NCBI GenBank assembly: GCA_943349825.1
Contig: CALQZQ010000006.1
Coordinates: 17,582-81,581, forward strand
Direction: 5' to 3'
DNA length: 64,000 nt
From: Candidatus Peribacteria bacterium
GTDB lineage: Bacteria > Patescibacteriota > Gracilibacteria > UBA1369 > 2-02-FULL-48-14
In this document: piece after piece, positions 1-10,058 of the stretch
Numbering within the stretch: the stretch's first letter is position 1
Layout: every line of letters begins with the position of its first letter
Notes under the pieces: model-generated
The model's database searches: none
Seen by the model: the letters and a program-made list of their open reading frames with translations, nothing else
What the model was told of the DNA's origin: nothing
Translations under genes and position numbers: made by a program

Positions 1-636
1 TTGGAAGTCCGCTTTAAGGACCTCTTGAATGTCCACAGTCACTTCGTCGATGGATTTTTCACCGTTCACGATGAGCATTTTCCCGTCGGTTTTGTAGGCT
101 TCGAGCACAGGGACTGTTTTTTCTAGGAAAGTGTCTAGGCGTACACGAATGGCATCGGGAGTGTCGTCTTGGCGTGTGATCAAGGTGCTGCCGTCTTTTT
201 CACAGGTTTCTGCAGTGTAGGCGGCGGGATAGATGGTTTTGCAGGCAGGGCACATGCGGCGGGTGGTGAGACGTTTTACTGCTTCTGGTTCTGAAAGTTC
301 AATGAGAAGTCCTTTGAAACTGCGGCCTTCCTTGAGCATGAGTTCATCGAAGAGTTTTTTTTGATCGTCGCTACGAGGAATTCCGTCGAAGAGGGCAGAT
401 TTGCCAGCGGGAAGCTTGTGTAAAAAGTCCGCTATGATTTCCATCACGACTTCGGTGGGGACGAGGCGGCCGGATTCGATTATCCCTTTCACTTTGATGC
501 CTAGGTCGCTGCCATCGGAACCGAGACGGCGGAGTTCTGCTCCGGTTTCGAAAATTTGAAGACCGCAATGCTCGGCGATACGCTGGCTTTGTGTGCCTTT
601 CCCAGAACCTTGCATTCCAAAGAGTACGAGATCCAT
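1..636 (-). CDS. adk: adenylate kinase (C-terminal end cut by window edge)
   Basis: My own minus-strand translation from the ATG at 634-636 gives MDLVLFGMQGSGKGTQSQRIAEHCGL... It has a P-loop GxxGxGKGT and a LID segment with CPAC..C..D. It is missing from the ORF track because no stop lies inside the window. Confidence 0.9.
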   Translation of the reverse strand, partial: MDLVLFGMQGSGKGTQSQRIAEHCGLQIFETGAELRRLGSDGSDLGIKVKGIIESGRLVPTEVVMEIIADFLHKLPAGKSALFDGIPRSDDQKKLFDELMLKEGRSFKGLLIELSEPEAVKRLTTRRMCPACKTIYPAAYTAETCEKDGSTLITRQDDTPDAIRVRLDTFLEKTVPVLEAYKTDGKMLIVNGEKSIDEVTVDIQEVLKADFQ

Positions 637-649
637 GGCGGGTGGTCTG

Positions 650-1954
650 TTAGCCTTTATAGAAGCGCTCGTAGTGGTGCGTGAGCAACTGAGCGTTGAT
701 TTGACGGATGAGGTCGAGGACTACACCGACGATGATGATGATACCGGCGCCGCTGATCATAGAGGAAACGGAACCCACGCTGAGTTCTGAGAAAACCAGT
801 TGCAATACGATGGGCAGTACTCCTACGAAAGCGATCATGGATCCTCCGAAGAGATTCATACGGTTGGATACTTTAGCCAGGTAGTCTGCGGTTTCTTTTC
901 CTGGACGAAGTCCGGGGACAAAACCACCACGCTTTTGAATGTTCTCAGCCACTTCTTCGGGCTTGAAGACGATGCTCACGTAGAAGTAGGTGAAGGCAAT
1001 GACCAAGAAGAAGTAGAGGAAAATGTAGGTCCAGTTGGTTTGAGTGAACTGCGTTGTGGCAAAGCGGCCGATGGATTTGACCCATTCGGAGTCTGCATAG
1101 AGCAGGAATTGTCCAATGATGGAAGGGAAGGTGATGAGGGAGACTGCGAAGATGATCGGGATCATACCGGCTTGGTTGATGCGAATGGGCAAGAAAGACT
1201 GTTCAGCCTTAGCTCGTCCACGTTGGCCCGCATAGGTGATGGGAATACGACGTTGACCTTCTGTGAAGAGGACCACGAGCAGTGTGAAAAGTAAGCTGAA
1301 CAAGAGCATTGCGAGGAGAGGAAGCAAACGATCGGGTTCAGTCTCGGCAAGTTTCAAAGTAGGACCCAGTACATTGGGTATGGCGGCGATGATACCTGCA
1401 AAAATGAGGAGCGAAGTTCCGTTTCCGATTCCTTTCTCGGTGATCACTTCACCGATCCACATGAGCACGAGAGTTCCCACGCTCACCGTGAGCATGATGG
1501 GCAGGATGGTTTGCCAGCTGCCGATATCTTTGATGATTTCCACTTGAGCCTGGGAGTTGATCAAAGCGATCATTCCGTAGGATTGGAGCACAGCCAAAGG
1601 CAGGGTGAGCCAACGAGTGTAGCGGTTCAGAGTGCGGCGGCCTTGGTCGCCTTCTTTAGAAATTTCTTCTAGTTTTGGGATGATGACGGTGAGCAGCTGA
1701 ATGATGATGGAGGCATTGATGTACGGGGAAAGTCCCATCAGTACGATGGAGAAGTTTTCTGCGCTTCCTCCTGTGAGAAGACTGAAAGCGCCGAGCAGAG
1801 AGTTTCGTTCAAACACGTATTCCAAAGCGGCCTGGTCTACACCGGGGATGGTGATGTGCGTCATCAAACGATAGACGGCAATCATTCCCAAAGTGAACAG
1901 GATCTTGTTGCGGATATCTTTCGAGTTCCAGATCTGTTTGAGGACGTTCAGCAC
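650..1954 (-). CDS. secY: preprotein translocase subunit SecY
   Basis: 434 aa, multi-TM. It has the LMGLSPYINASIIIQLL motif and sits between rplO and adk. Confidence 0.97.
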   Translation of the reverse strand: MLNVLKQIWNSKDIRNKILFTLGMIAVYRLMTHITIPGVDQAALEYVFERNSLLGAFSLLTGGSAENFSIVLMGLSPYINASIIIQLLTVIIPKLEEISKEGDQGRRTLNRYTRWLTLPLAVLQSYGMIALINSQAQVEIIKDIGSWQTILPIMLTVSVGTLVLMWIGEVITEKGIGNGTSLLIFAGIIAAIPNVLGPTLKLAETEPDRLLPLLAMLLFSLLFTLLVVLFTEGQRRIPITYAGQRGRAKAEQSFLPIRINQAGMIPIIFAVSLITFPSIIGQFLLYADSEWVKSIGRFATTQFTQTNWTYIFLYFFLVIAFTYFYVSIVFKPEEVAENIQKRGGFVPGLRPGKETADYLAKVSNRMNLFGGSMIAFVGVLPIVLQLVFSELSVGSVSSMISGAGIIIIVGVVLDLIRQINAQLLTHHYERFYKG

Positions 1955-1973
1955 GGAGGGAAAAAGTTAGGAG

Positions 1974-2435
1974 TTAAGCTGTTTTCTCAGTGCGCACTTT
2001 CTGCGTGAGAGTCACTTTTGCGCCTGCCTTTTCTGCTTTTTCGAGGGCACTCTTAGAAGCTTTGTCCACAGTGATGCTCAACTTAGCTTTGAGTTCACCG
2101 TCACCGAGCAATTTGATTTTGCCGACTTTCTTGGTCACGTTTTTTTCTTTCAAAGTCTTTGCATTCACGGTGTCTCCATCAGCGAAAACATCCAGTTGGT
2201 CCAAGTTCACGGAAATGTACGTGATCTTGTTGGGGTTCAAGAATCCTTTGAGCTTAGGCATACGGCGGATGAGGGGAGTTTGACCTCCTTCGAATCCAGG
2301 ACGAACGCCACCGCCGGAGCGAGCATTTTGACCTTTCATCCCTTTACCGGAGTAGTTACCACGGGTTTGACCGCGACCACGGCGCTTTGCGCTTTTGGTG
2401 CTGCCAGGAAATGCTTTGAGAGAATTTTGCTTCAT
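1974..2435 (-). CDS. rplO: 50S ribosomal protein L15
   Basis: Gly/Arg/Lys-rich N-terminus (RRGRGQTRGNYSGKGMKGQ) and GGQTPLIRRMPK. Its operon position also fits. Confidence 0.95.
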   Translation of the reverse strand: MKQNSLKAFPGSTKSAKRRGRGQTRGNYSGKGMKGQNARSGGGVRPGFEGGQTPLIRRMPKLKGFLNPNKITYISVNLDQLDVFADGDTVNAKTLKEKNVTKKVGKIKLLGDGELKAKLSITVDKASKSALEKAEKAGAKVTLTQKVRTEKTA

Positions 2436-2443
2436 AGTATTAA

Positions 2444-3082
2444 TTATTCTTTAGATTTTGTTGAGGCTTCGAGCTTTGTTGCAGTGGGGCGATTGAGACG
2501 TTTGTCTGCGTGGACCATTTCTTTAGCATCGGAACGAGAGATTTTTTTCAATTCTGGGGCTGCACGGTCGCTGTTTTCTATCTTCTCTTCTTTCACGCGA
2601 TCCACTTCCATGTCAGGACGAACGCGGAGTTTGGTGAGGGCGAGGTAAGTGGCTTTAGCGGCGTTGATGCGATTCGTAGAACCCAAGGATTTGGACAATA
2701 CATTGTGCACACCAGCCATCTCAAGCATTTGACGAACGGCTCCACCGGCAATGATTCCAGTACCTTCACTAGCAGGTTTCATGAAGACTTTTGAAGCCTT
2801 GAATTTAACCTGGATTTGGTGAGGAATGGTGCCTTTGTAGATGGGGACCTTGATCAATTTTTTACGAGCTTGAGCGACTGCCTTTTGAATAGCTTGTTGT
2901 ACTTCAGCCGCTTTTCCAATTCCGTAACCCATGGTTCCTTTCTTATTTCCAATCACTACGGTTGCACGGAAACGCATACGGCGTCCTCCTTTTACCACGC
3001 GCGTTACACGAGCCACTTCGATGACCTGTTCTTCGAATTCTTTGGCTTCTCTCGGCATTGGTTTTTTAGAACGTTTTTCCAT
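2444..3082 (-). CDS. rpsE: 30S ribosomal protein S5 with ~50 aa C-terminal extension
   Basis: S5 core GRRMRFRATVVIGNKKGTMGYGIGKA. At 212 aa it is longer than the usual ~165 aa, and the tail is charged (VDRVKEEKIENSDRAAPELKK...). Confidence 0.95.
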   Translation of the reverse strand: MEKRSKKPMPREAKEFEEQVIEVARVTRVVKGGRRMRFRATVVIGNKKGTMGYGIGKAAEVQQAIQKAVAQARKKLIKVPIYKGTIPHQIQVKFKASKVFMKPASEGTGIIAGGAVRQMLEMAGVHNVLSKSLGSTNRINAAKATYLALTKLRVRPDMEVDRVKEEKIENSDRAAPELKKISRSDAKEMVHADKRLNRPTATKLEASTKSKE

Positions 3083-3100
3083 ACAGGGTTGAAAGGATGA

Positions 3101-3445
3101 TTAGAATTTAAGGCCACCTTCACGAGCGCCGTCTGCTACTGCAGCGATGCGACCATGATACTTATAGCCGTTTCGATCGAAGACGCAAGTTTTGATGCCT
3201 GCTTTCGTGGCTTTTTCAGAAAGTTCAGTACCTACCGCTTTAGCACGTTCCACTTTGGTGCCTTTGGTCACTTTCATGTCGTGAGCGGCCACCAAGATTT
3301 TTCCGGAAACATCATCGATGAGTTGAGCGTAGGTGAAGCGCAAGCTGCGGAATACGATCAAGCGAGGTTTTTGAGTGCTTCCTTCCACACGCGCACGAAT
3401 GCGGTGGTGACGAGCGGTACGTTTTTGAGCTTTAGTAGTTTTCAT
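3101..3445 (-). CDS. rplR: 50S ribosomal protein L18
   Basis: RLIVFRSLRFTYAQLIDD core, plus operon position. Confidence 0.95.
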   Translation of the reverse strand: MKTTKAQKRTARHHRIRARVEGSTQKPRLIVFRSLRFTYAQLIDDVSGKILVAAHDMKVTKGTKVERAKAVGTELSEKATKAGIKTCVFDRNGYKYHGRIAAVADGAREGGLKF

Positions 3446-3457
3446 GTCTAGTTAATG

Positions 3458-4015
3458 TTAGGCAGCGGCTTTAGAAGCAGCTTTACCAGCCTTGCGGCGG
3501 ATGTGTTCGTCGGAGTATTTGATACCCTTCCCGAGATACGGTTCAGGAGGTCTGAATCCACGGATTTCTGCGCTGACCTGGCCGACGAGTTGTTTGTCGA
3601 TGCCGGAAACAGTGAGAATGTTCTTCTTTTCTTCGTCGAATTTGAAGGTGATTCCAGCAGGAATGGGGTATTCAATGGGGTGAGAGTAACCGAGGCTGAG
3701 TACCAGCTTGGTGCCGGCTACGTTTCCGCGGTAACCTACTCCGTTGATTTCCAGAATCTTGCTGAAGCCTTTGGTGACTCCCGTGATCATGTTTTGAATG
3801 AGTGTACGGGTGAGACCATGCAAAGACTTTTGAAGACGGTCTTCGGTTTCTCGAGTCACTGCGACTTCGTTTTCAGAAACCGTAACGGTGATCGCGGGAT
3901 TGGGCTTGTATTTGAGTTCCCCCTTGGGACCTTTCACCACGAGGGTTCCGTCAGCGTCTCTAGAGACAGTGACTCCTGTGGGGATGAGGACGGGATGTTT
4001 ACCGATTCGAGACAT
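3458..4015 (-). CDS. rplF: 50S ribosomal protein L6
   Basis: MSRIGKHPVLIPTGVTV N-terminus, plus operon position. Confidence 0.95.
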   Translation of the reverse strand: MSRIGKHPVLIPTGVTVSRDADGTLVVKGPKGELKYKPNPAITVTVSENEVAVTRETEDRLQKSLHGLTRTLIQNMITGVTKGFSKILEINGVGYRGNVAGTKLVLSLGYSHPIEYPIPAGITFKFDEEKKNILTVSGIDKQLVGQVSAEIRGFRPPEPYLGKGIKYSDEHIRRKAGKAASKAAA

Positions 4016-4035
4016 AAAGTAGAGTAAGTATAATC

Positions 4036-4422
4036 TTAGTAAATTTCACAGATGAATTCTCCACCGACTTTGGCTTTGCGAGCCGCGTTTCCACTCATGA
4101 TTCCTTTCGGAGTAGAGAGAATAGCGAGACCGAGACCACTGAGTACACGAGGAATTTCACGAGACTTCACGTAAATGCGTTGACCTGGCTTGCTCACGGA
4201 TTTGAGAGTGATGTCGCGGTGGTCGTCGCTGAGTTCGATGAGCAGCTCTTTAGCTACACCTTCACCCGTAGCTTTCACTTCGGTCACGTAGCCGGCTTGC
4301 TTCAAAACCTGCGCAATGGATTCCTTCATTTGAGAGTAAGGAACGTGCACGAAGTTTTTGCGAGCGCGCGCAGCGTTGCGGATTCTCGTGAGAAGGTCGG
4401 CGATAGGGTCGGTCATTGTCAT
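4036..4422 (-). CDS. rpsH: 30S ribosomal protein S8
   Basis: DPIADLLTRIRNA motif, plus operon position. Confidence 0.95.
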   Translation of the reverse strand: MTMTDPIADLLTRIRNAARARKNFVHVPYSQMKESIAQVLKQAGYVTEVKATGEGVAKELLIELSDDHRDITLKSVSKPGQRIYVKSREIPRVLSGLGLAILSTPKGIMSGNAARKAKVGGEFICEIY

Positions 4423-4479
4423 GTTAGTAGAGTCAGAAGTGAGGTAGATGTAGTAATTGAGGGGGGCGGAGCCGAAGGC

Positions 4480-4710
4480 TTACCAAGAAGATTTTTTGAG
4501 TCCCATGATGGCTCCTTTGCGAGCCAATTCTCGGAAACAAATACGGCAGAGGTCGAACTTTCTCATGTATCCGCGAACGCGTCCACATTTTCCACAACGG
4601 TTGTACATGCGTACCGCTTGTCCAGGCTTAGGTTTGAGCCCCAGCTTGATGCGGTGCTTCACTTCAGCTTTGCGCTTGTTGGTCTTGTTGATGAGAGAAA
4701 GTTTTGCCAT
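4480..4710 (-). CDS. rpsN: 30S ribosomal protein S14, zinc-ribbon type (76 aa)
   Basis: [25 protein letters not shown] provides two CxxC pairs. It lies between rplE and rpsH. Confidence 0.93.
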   Translation of the reverse strand: MAKLSLINKTNKRKAEVKHRIKLGLKPKPGQAVRMYNRCGKCGRVRGYMRKFDLCRICFRELARKGAIMGLKKSSW

Positions 4711-4715
4711 GAGGA

Positions 4716-5297
4716 TTATTGAGCTTTACGGGTTACTTTGCCTTCCTTGTTGACTTCGTCACGGAAGGGGAAGCCCAGGGCTTTCAAAAGGAGGTAGGTC
4801 TCGCGGCTGTTTCGAGCCGTGGTGCATACATTCACTTGAAGGCCATGTACTTTAGTGAGGTTTTCTTGATTCACTTCGGGGAAAATAGTGCAGTCTTCGA
4901 GTCCGAGAGCAAAGTTTCCATGTCCATCCACACCGCGAGCCGTGATTCCACGGAAGTCGCGAACGCGGGGGAGAGCGATGTTCACAAGACGGTTGATGAA
5001 GTCTTCCATACGTTTTCCACGGAGTGTCACGTGCATTCCCACAGGGAGACCGGCACGCAGCTTGAAGTTGGAAATCGCTTTCTTGGACTTACGAGTCACG
5101 GGCTTTTGGCCGGTGATGTCCATGAGGTTTTTTTCCACGAAGGAGGTGTCTTTGTTTCCACCGGTGACCATGCTACCGATTCCCACGTGCACGCTCACTT
5201 TGGTGAGACGAGGAAGGGACATAACATTGTCGCGACCGAGCTCAGCTTTGAGCATTTCTAGGGTTGCGTTTTCGGATTGTGCTTTCTTGGTAGCCAT
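4716..5297 (-). CDS. rplE: 50S ribosomal protein L5
   Basis: [18 protein letters not shown] motif, plus operon position. Confidence 0.95.
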   Translation of the reverse strand: MATKKAQSENATLEMLKAELGRDNVMSLPRLTKVSVHVGIGSMVTGGNKDTSFVEKNLMDITGQKPVTRKSKKAISNFKLRAGLPVGMHVTLRGKRMEDFINRLVNIALPRVRDFRGITARGVDGHGNFALGLEDCTIFPEVNQENLTKVHGLQVNVCTTARNSRETYLLLKALGFPFRDEVNKEGKVTRKAQ

Positions 5298-5301
5298 TGT
5301 A

Positions 5302-5607
5302 TTAGATTACGGTTTTACTTTTTTTAGCGATGCGTTCCTTCTTGCCTTCTTTAGTGATGTTGTAGCCCACACGAGTGGGTTTCTTCGTCTTAGGGTCGAT
5401 GAACATTACGTTGGAAGCACTGAGAGGAGCATTGAACTGCACTTTCTGTCCTTTCTGAGTCTTGGTTTTGCGCATGTGACGAGTAGCGACATTGATGCCT
5501 TCTACTACGACACGATTGGACTTTTCGAGTACACGGAGTACTTTTCCAGTCTTATTGCGATCCTTTCCTGCGATGATGACCACTTGGTCATTGACTTTGA
5601 TCTTCAT
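5302..5607 (-). CDS. rplX: 50S ribosomal protein L24
   Basis: KOW-like VNDQVVIIAGKDRNKTGKV, plus operon position. Confidence 0.93.
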   Translation of the reverse strand: MKIKVNDQVVIIAGKDRNKTGKVLRVLEKSNRVVVEGINVATRHMRKTKTQKGQKVQFNAPLSASNVMFIDPKTKKPTRVGYNITKEGKKERIAKKSKTVI

Positions 5608-5611
5608 ATTC

Positions 5612-5980
5612 TTAAAGTACTTCAGGGGCTAAAGAGATGATTTTCTGGTATCCGCGTTCACGGAGTTCGCGAGCGACAGGTCCGAAGACACGAGTTCCTT
5701 TGGGCACTCCATCTTTACCGACGATCACTACAGCGTTTTCATCGAAACGAATGGAGGAGCCATCTTTACGTGACATGTTCTTCTTCATACGAACGATCAC
5801 AGCACGTTGTACAGTCTTTTGCTTCACGGCTCCTTTTGGGGCAGCCTTCTTGATGCTCACCACGATTTCATCACCGATGTAAGCGTAACGGCTCTTAGAG
5901 TGACCGAGCACTTTGATGCACATGGCCTCTTTGGCTCCGCTGTTGTCGGCAACGACGAGAATGGTATTTTGCTGAATCAT
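5612..5980 (-). CDS. rplN: 50S ribosomal protein L14
   Basis: [18 protein letters not shown]-terminus. Confidence 0.97.
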   Translation of the reverse strand: MIQQNTILVVADNSGAKEAMCIKVLGHSKSRYAYIGDEIVVSIKKAAPKGAVKQKTVQRAVIVRMKKNMSRKDGSSIRFDENAVVIVGKDGVPKGTRVFGPVARELRERGYQKIISLAPEVL

Positions 5981-5981
5981 A

Positions 5982-6227
5982 TTATTTCTTGGTGATTTCG
6001 GTTGCAGGAGCGGTTAGAGTCCAACGTTTGAGACGGGAGAGGGGACGGGTTTCATAGATCATAACGAGGTCTCCTACTTTAGCTTCATTGGCTTCGTCGT
6101 GCGCGTGGAACTTATTGTTCACGCTGTAACGCTTCTTGTATTTAGGATGCACCTTGGAGGTGGACACTTGAACGACGATGGTCTTGTTGCCGGATTTTGA
6201 GACGACAACGCCTTTTTTACTGCGCAT
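5982..6227 (-). CDS. rpsQ: 30S ribosomal protein S17
   Basis: [18 protein letters not shown] and RPLSRLKRW. Confidence 0.95.
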   Translation of the reverse strand: MRSKKGVVVSKSGNKTIVVQVSTSKVHPKYKKRYSVNNKFHAHDEANEAKVGDLVMIYETRPLSRLKRWTLTAPATEITKK

Positions 6228-6426
6228 TTTTTTGAGAATTATTTAAGGTGTGAATACGAGCGATCTGTTTACGAAGCATGTTCACCTTGTGATTCTGCTT
6301 GTCTTTCCCCGTGGAGATGAGAGGAGCCAGCTTAGCGCTTTCCTTCTGCAGATCCAAGAGCAATTTAGCACGATCCTTCTCGTTCATTTTCTTGATTTCA
6401 TCCATGGTCGTTTTCGTGTCGGACAT
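6217..6426 (-). CDS. rpmC: 50S ribosomal protein L29
   Basis: 69-aa helical protein between rplP and rpsQ. Its end overlaps the rpsQ start by 11 nt. Confidence 0.88.
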   Translation of the reverse strand: MSDTKTTMDEIKKMNEKDRAKLLLDLQKESAKLAPLISTGKDKQNHKVNMLRKQIARIHTLNNSQKNAQ

Positions 6427-6434
6427 AAAAGTAA

Positions 6435-6854
6435 TTATAAGTCTTTAGCAGATACAAATTTGGTCTTCACGGGGAGTTTGAATCCGGCCAGCTTCAGAGC
6501 TGTTCTGGCCGTTTTCTCATCGATACCGTCCATCTCAAACAGCATGGTTCCCGGCTTCACCAGTACGGTGTAGCGGTCGACGGTTCCTTTTCCGGATCCC
6601 ATCGGGACTTCAGCAGCTTTTGCGGTGATCGGCTTGTGAGGGAAGATACGGATCCAAATTTTTCCTACGCGTTGAATGTGGTGAGCAAGCACACGACGAG
6701 CGGCTTCAATCTGACGAGAAGAGATTTCTCGGATTTCCATGCTCTTGAGTCCATAGCTTCCGAAGGAAACTTTGGATCCACCCTTTGCGACTCCTTTAAA
6801 CGAGCCTCGCAGGCGGTGTGATTTTCGGTATTTGGCTCTTGAAGGCAGTAACAT
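6435..6854 (-). CDS. rplP: 50S ribosomal protein L16
   Basis: MLLPSRAKYRKSHRLR N-terminus. Confidence 0.96.
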   Translation of the reverse strand: MLLPSRAKYRKSHRLRGSFKGVAKGGSKVSFGSYGLKSMEIREISSRQIEAARRVLAHHIQRVGKIWIRIFPHKPITAKAAEVPMGSGKGTVDRYTVLVKPGTMLFEMDGIDEKTARTALKLAGFKLPVKTKFVSAKDL

Positions 6855-6856
6855 GA

Positions 6857-7495
6857 TTACTTCTTGGTATTAAATACTAATCCTTTGTTGATCCAGACTT
6901 TCACTCCAATCGCACCGTAGGTCGTTTTGGCGGTAGCCTTGGCGAAGTCGATATCGGCACGGAAGGTATGCAAGGGGATTTGCCCTTCTGCATAGAACTC
7001 TGTACGTGCGATTTCAACTCCGTTCAAACGTCCACTCACACGAATCTTGATTCCTTTTGCTCCAGATTCAATCGCTTTCTTCAGGGCCATCTTGGCAGCA
7101 CGGCGGTAAGATACACGTCGTTCCACTTGCATGGCGATGTTTTCAGCCACGAGCCAAGCATCGAGTTCAGGCTTCTTGATTTCTTTGATGTTGATCGTGA
7201 ACTTGTGTCCGAATTTCTTTTCGAGAGCCGCTTTGAGGTCTTCTACGCTAGCACCTTGACGTCCGATGATCACACCCGGCTTAGCAGAGTGGATGTTGAG
7301 GATGATGTCTTTAGCGTTGCGTTGCAGTTCTACTTTGGAGACTCCACAGTCGTTCAACTTGACACGTACGAAGTCACGGATTTGGATGTCTTCTTTTAGC
7401 ATCTTGCCAAACGCACGGTCGCTGGCGTACCAGCTGGAATCCCAGGTTCGGATGATACCGATTCGCAGCCCAATTGGATCAACTTTACTTCCCAT
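6857..7495 (-). CDS. rpsC: 30S ribosomal protein S3
   Basis: MGSKVDPIGLRIGI N-terminus with a KH-domain pattern. Confidence 0.96.
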   Translation of the reverse strand: MGSKVDPIGLRIGIIRTWDSSWYASDRAFGKMLKEDIQIRDFVRVKLNDCGVSKVELQRNAKDIILNIHSAKPGVIIGRQGASVEDLKAALEKKFGHKFTINIKEIKKPELDAWLVAENIAMQVERRVSYRRAAKMALKKAIESGAKGIKIRVSGRLNGVEIARTEFYAEGQIPLHTFRADIDFAKATAKTTYGAIGVKVWINKGLVFNTKK

Positions 7496-7497
7496 GG

Positions 7498-7911
7498 TTA
7501 TGCTTGAGGGTTAGAGGAGACGCTGGGGTCAGCGGAGACGCTTCGCGTCGACTTTTTTGTAGTAGTAGCTTTCGCTGGCGCTGCAGCTCTGACATCAACA
7601 CGAACACGGATTTGAGCGGTCTTCTTCAGAATAGGGTGGACACGTCCGCGGGAAACGGAGACGCCACGCTTGTACATAGGGCCTTTCGTTACTACGATTT
7701 CTTTGATGTAGAGACGAGCGCGGTCTTGTTTCAGGTTGTGCTCTGCATTCGCAGCAGCGGAAGCGATGACTTTGTACAGGATGCGAGCACCTTTTTTAGG
7801 AGTGAACTCGAGCTGACTGAGGGCATCAGTGACCATTGCCCCACGGACCAATCCTGCAACGAGGTTGGCTTTTTCAGGGGAGATGCGAATGTTTCGAAGG
7901 ATAGCTTGCAT
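7498..7911 (-). CDS. rplV: 50S ribosomal protein L22 with basic/Ala-rich C-terminal tail
   Basis: ISPEKANLVAGLVRG motif. The tail reads RVDVRAAAPAKATTTKKSTRSVSADPSV. Confidence 0.93.
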   Translation of the reverse strand: MQAILRNIRISPEKANLVAGLVRGAMVTDALSQLEFTPKKGARILYKVIASAAANAEHNLKQDRARLYIKEIVVTKGPMYKRGVSVSRGRVHPILKKTAQIRVRVDVRAAAPAKATTTKKSTRSVSADPSVSSNPQA

Positions 7912-7920
7912 GTGATGTTA

Positions 7921-8205
7921 TTAAGCTGCGGCTGTAGCAGTTTCTTTAGCTTTGAGAGGGTGACCACGGAACTTGCGAGTGTAGGCGAATTCTCCGAGAC
8001 GGTGACCGACCATGGCTTCTGTAACGAAGACAGGAACATGATCTTTACCGTTGTGCACAGCGATGGTGTGACCTACGAATTCCGGAGCGATCTGAGATCG
8101 GCGGGACCAAGTCTTCACTACCTTTTTGCTGTCAGCACCGAGCGCAAGCACTTTTTTCATGAGCTTGGCGTCAACGTACGGACCTTTGAAACTACTTCGT
8201 GCCAT
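7921..8205 (-). CDS. rpsS: 30S ribosomal protein S19
   Basis: [12 protein letters not shown] and [10 protein letters not shown]. Confidence 0.96.
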   Translation of the reverse strand: MARSSFKGPYVDAKLMKKVLALGADSKKVVKTWSRRSQIAPEFVGHTIAVHNGKDHVPVFVTEAMVGHRLGEFAYTRKFRGHPLKAKETATAAA

Positions 8206-8211
8206 AAATAT

Positions 8212-9069
8212 TTAAATGTTATCGATATCAGCGACCATCTTGCCCTTTCGAGTCTTAACAATCCAGCGATTGCTGTATTTGCGGTTTCGTGTGGCCACGC
8301 CGAGTGCGTGCAGACCCCACGGAGTCTTAGGATATTTCATACCGATAGGACAGTGCCCTTCTCCTCCTCCGTGTGGATGGTCATTCGGGTTCATGGATTT
8401 ACCCAGAACCGTAGGACGCCATCCCATGTGGCGGCGGATACCGGCTTTACCGAGACGTACATTGGAGTGATCGATGTTGGACACACGTCCAATGGATGCG
8501 AAACACCCTTTGTGTACAAAACGCACTTCTCCAGAGGGGAGTTGCACTTGAGCATACTCACCATCCAGGGAAACAAGTTTTGCGTAGGAACCAGCGGACT
8601 TAGTGATCTGACCTTTCCCGGTGATGTCGGTTTGTACGTTGTGGATTTCAAATCCGATCGGAATGTTTTCGAGCATCATACGGTTTCCGATACGAGCTTT
8701 GAGCTTGTTGGCCGCCATGACTTTGTCTCCGACTTTGATTCCGGCGGGGGCAAGGTGATAACGGAATTCTCCATCCTTGTAGCAAACGAGAATGATGAAA
8801 GCAGTTCGATTTGGGTCGTATTCTACAGATTTCACGGTGCCTTCAATGTTCAGTTTGTCGCGTTGATCGAAGTCGATTTTGCGCAATTTGATCTGATTTC
8901 CTGATCCACGGTGACGAGTGGTGATGACACCAGTGTTGTTGCGTCCAGCCGCTTCTTTCTTCGTGGTCAACAAAGCCTTGTGAGGTTTGCTACCGCTCAG
9001 CTCCACATAAGTGAGACTGCGCTTTTCGCGTTGTCCGTTCGTCGTTTTTTTAGAGATCTTGATAGGCAT
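8212..9069 (-). CDS. rplB: 50S ribosomal protein L2
   Basis: NPNDHPHGGGEG motif, 285 aa. Confidence 0.97.
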   Translation of the reverse strand: MPIKISKKTTNGQREKRSLTYVELSGSKPHKALLTTKKEAAGRNNTGVITTRHRGSGNQIKLRKIDFDQRDKLNIEGTVKSVEYDPNRTAFIILVCYKDGEFRYHLAPAGIKVGDKVMAANKLKARIGNRMMLENIPIGFEIHNVQTDITGKGQITKSAGSYAKLVSLDGEYAQVQLPSGEVRFVHKGCFASIGRVSNIDHSNVRLGKAGIRRHMGWRPTVLGKSMNPNDHPHGGGEGHCPIGMKYPKTPWGLHALGVATRNRKYSNRWIVKTRKGKMVADIDNI

Positions 9070-9071
9070 AA

Positions 9072-9422
9072 TTACTTGGTAGCGGCAGCCGTTTTGGCTT
9101 TAGCAGGTTTAGAGGTTTCTTTCTTCTCAGTACGCACTTCGCGCGTCAGGTCGAGCTTGGATCCTTCCTTGAGAGTGACAATCGCGCGGCGAAGTCCTTG
9201 ACGCTTTTCGAGGAGGTTCTTTCCTTTACCCATACGGTACTTGGGGAGGGTGTGAAGGATATTGACCTTCTCCACTTCCACTCCGTAGAGAGACATCAGC
9301 GCATTCTTCACGTCGATTTTAGTAGCATCATCGTGCACCACGAAGGTGAACTTGTTGATAGCTTCTTGGCCGACGCTTTTTTCCGTCATGACCGGTCGAA
9401 TGAGAGTTTGTGCGATGTTCAT
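9072..9422 (-). CDS. rplW: 50S ribosomal protein L23 with Lys/Ala-rich tail
   Basis: Lies between rplD and rplB and has an L23-like core. The tail reads EKKETSKPAKAKTAAATK. Confidence 0.9.
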   Translation of the reverse strand: MNIAQTLIRPVMTEKSVGQEAINKFTFVVHDDATKIDVKNALMSLYGVEVEKVNILHTLPKYRMGKGKNLLEKRQGLRRAIVTLKEGSKLDLTREVRTEKKETSKPAKAKTAAATK

Positions 9423-9425
9423 AGA

Positions 9426-10049
9426 CTATTTGTAAGTAGCTTCAAGGTCTTTCAGAGCGGTTGCGGTGAAGAGAATGGTATCGTACTTGAGCAAATCTCC
9501 AGGATTGAGGTAGCTTGAGAGGATGGTCTTGCTGCGGGCGAAGTTGCGAGAAGACGTTTTGAGGGTCTTTTCTTCGCGGCTGCCCACCACGAGCACATCT
9601 CTTTTAACAGGAAGCTTCCCAATCAAATCAGCAAATACTTTAGTCTTAGGAGCATCGAGTTCGAACTTGTCGAGAGCGAGCACTTTTCCATCCTTAGCCT
9701 TAGAAGAAAGGATTTGGAAGAGGGCTTTGTTACGCATCTTCTTGGGCATCTGAATTTCAAAGTTCTGCCATTTCTTAGGGCCGAACACCACTCCTCCTCC
9801 TCGCATGTGTGGGTTCTTGGTAGAACCTTGACGAGCGCGGCCAGTACCTTTTTGAGCAAAGGGCTTTTTACCTCCTCCGCGAACAAATCCTTTAGTGAGG
9901 GTGTGGGCGATGGGCATACGAGCGCTCTTCTGTTGATACATCAGATAGCTGTGCACGAGTCCTTCTGCGCCTTCCACCTCGAAGATGTTTTTCGCGAGAG
10001 CGACTTCGCCCTTGTGTTCTCCGGTTTGGTTGTAAAGAGGTGCTTTCAT
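9426..10049 (-). CDS. rplD: 50S ribosomal protein L4
   Basis: QKGTGRARQGSTKNPHMRGGGVVFGP motif. Confidence 0.95.
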   Translation of the reverse strand: MKAPLYNQTGEHKGEVALAKNIFEVEGAEGLVHSYLMYQQKSARMPIAHTLTKGFVRGGGKKPFAQKGTGRARQGSTKNPHMRGGGVVFGPKKWQNFEIQMPKKMRNKALFQILSSKAKDGKVLALDKFELDAPKTKVFADLIGKLPVKRDVLVVGSREEKTLKTSSRNFARSKTILSSYLNPGDLLKYDTILFTATALKDLEATYK

Positions 10050-10058
10050 GATAGGTTA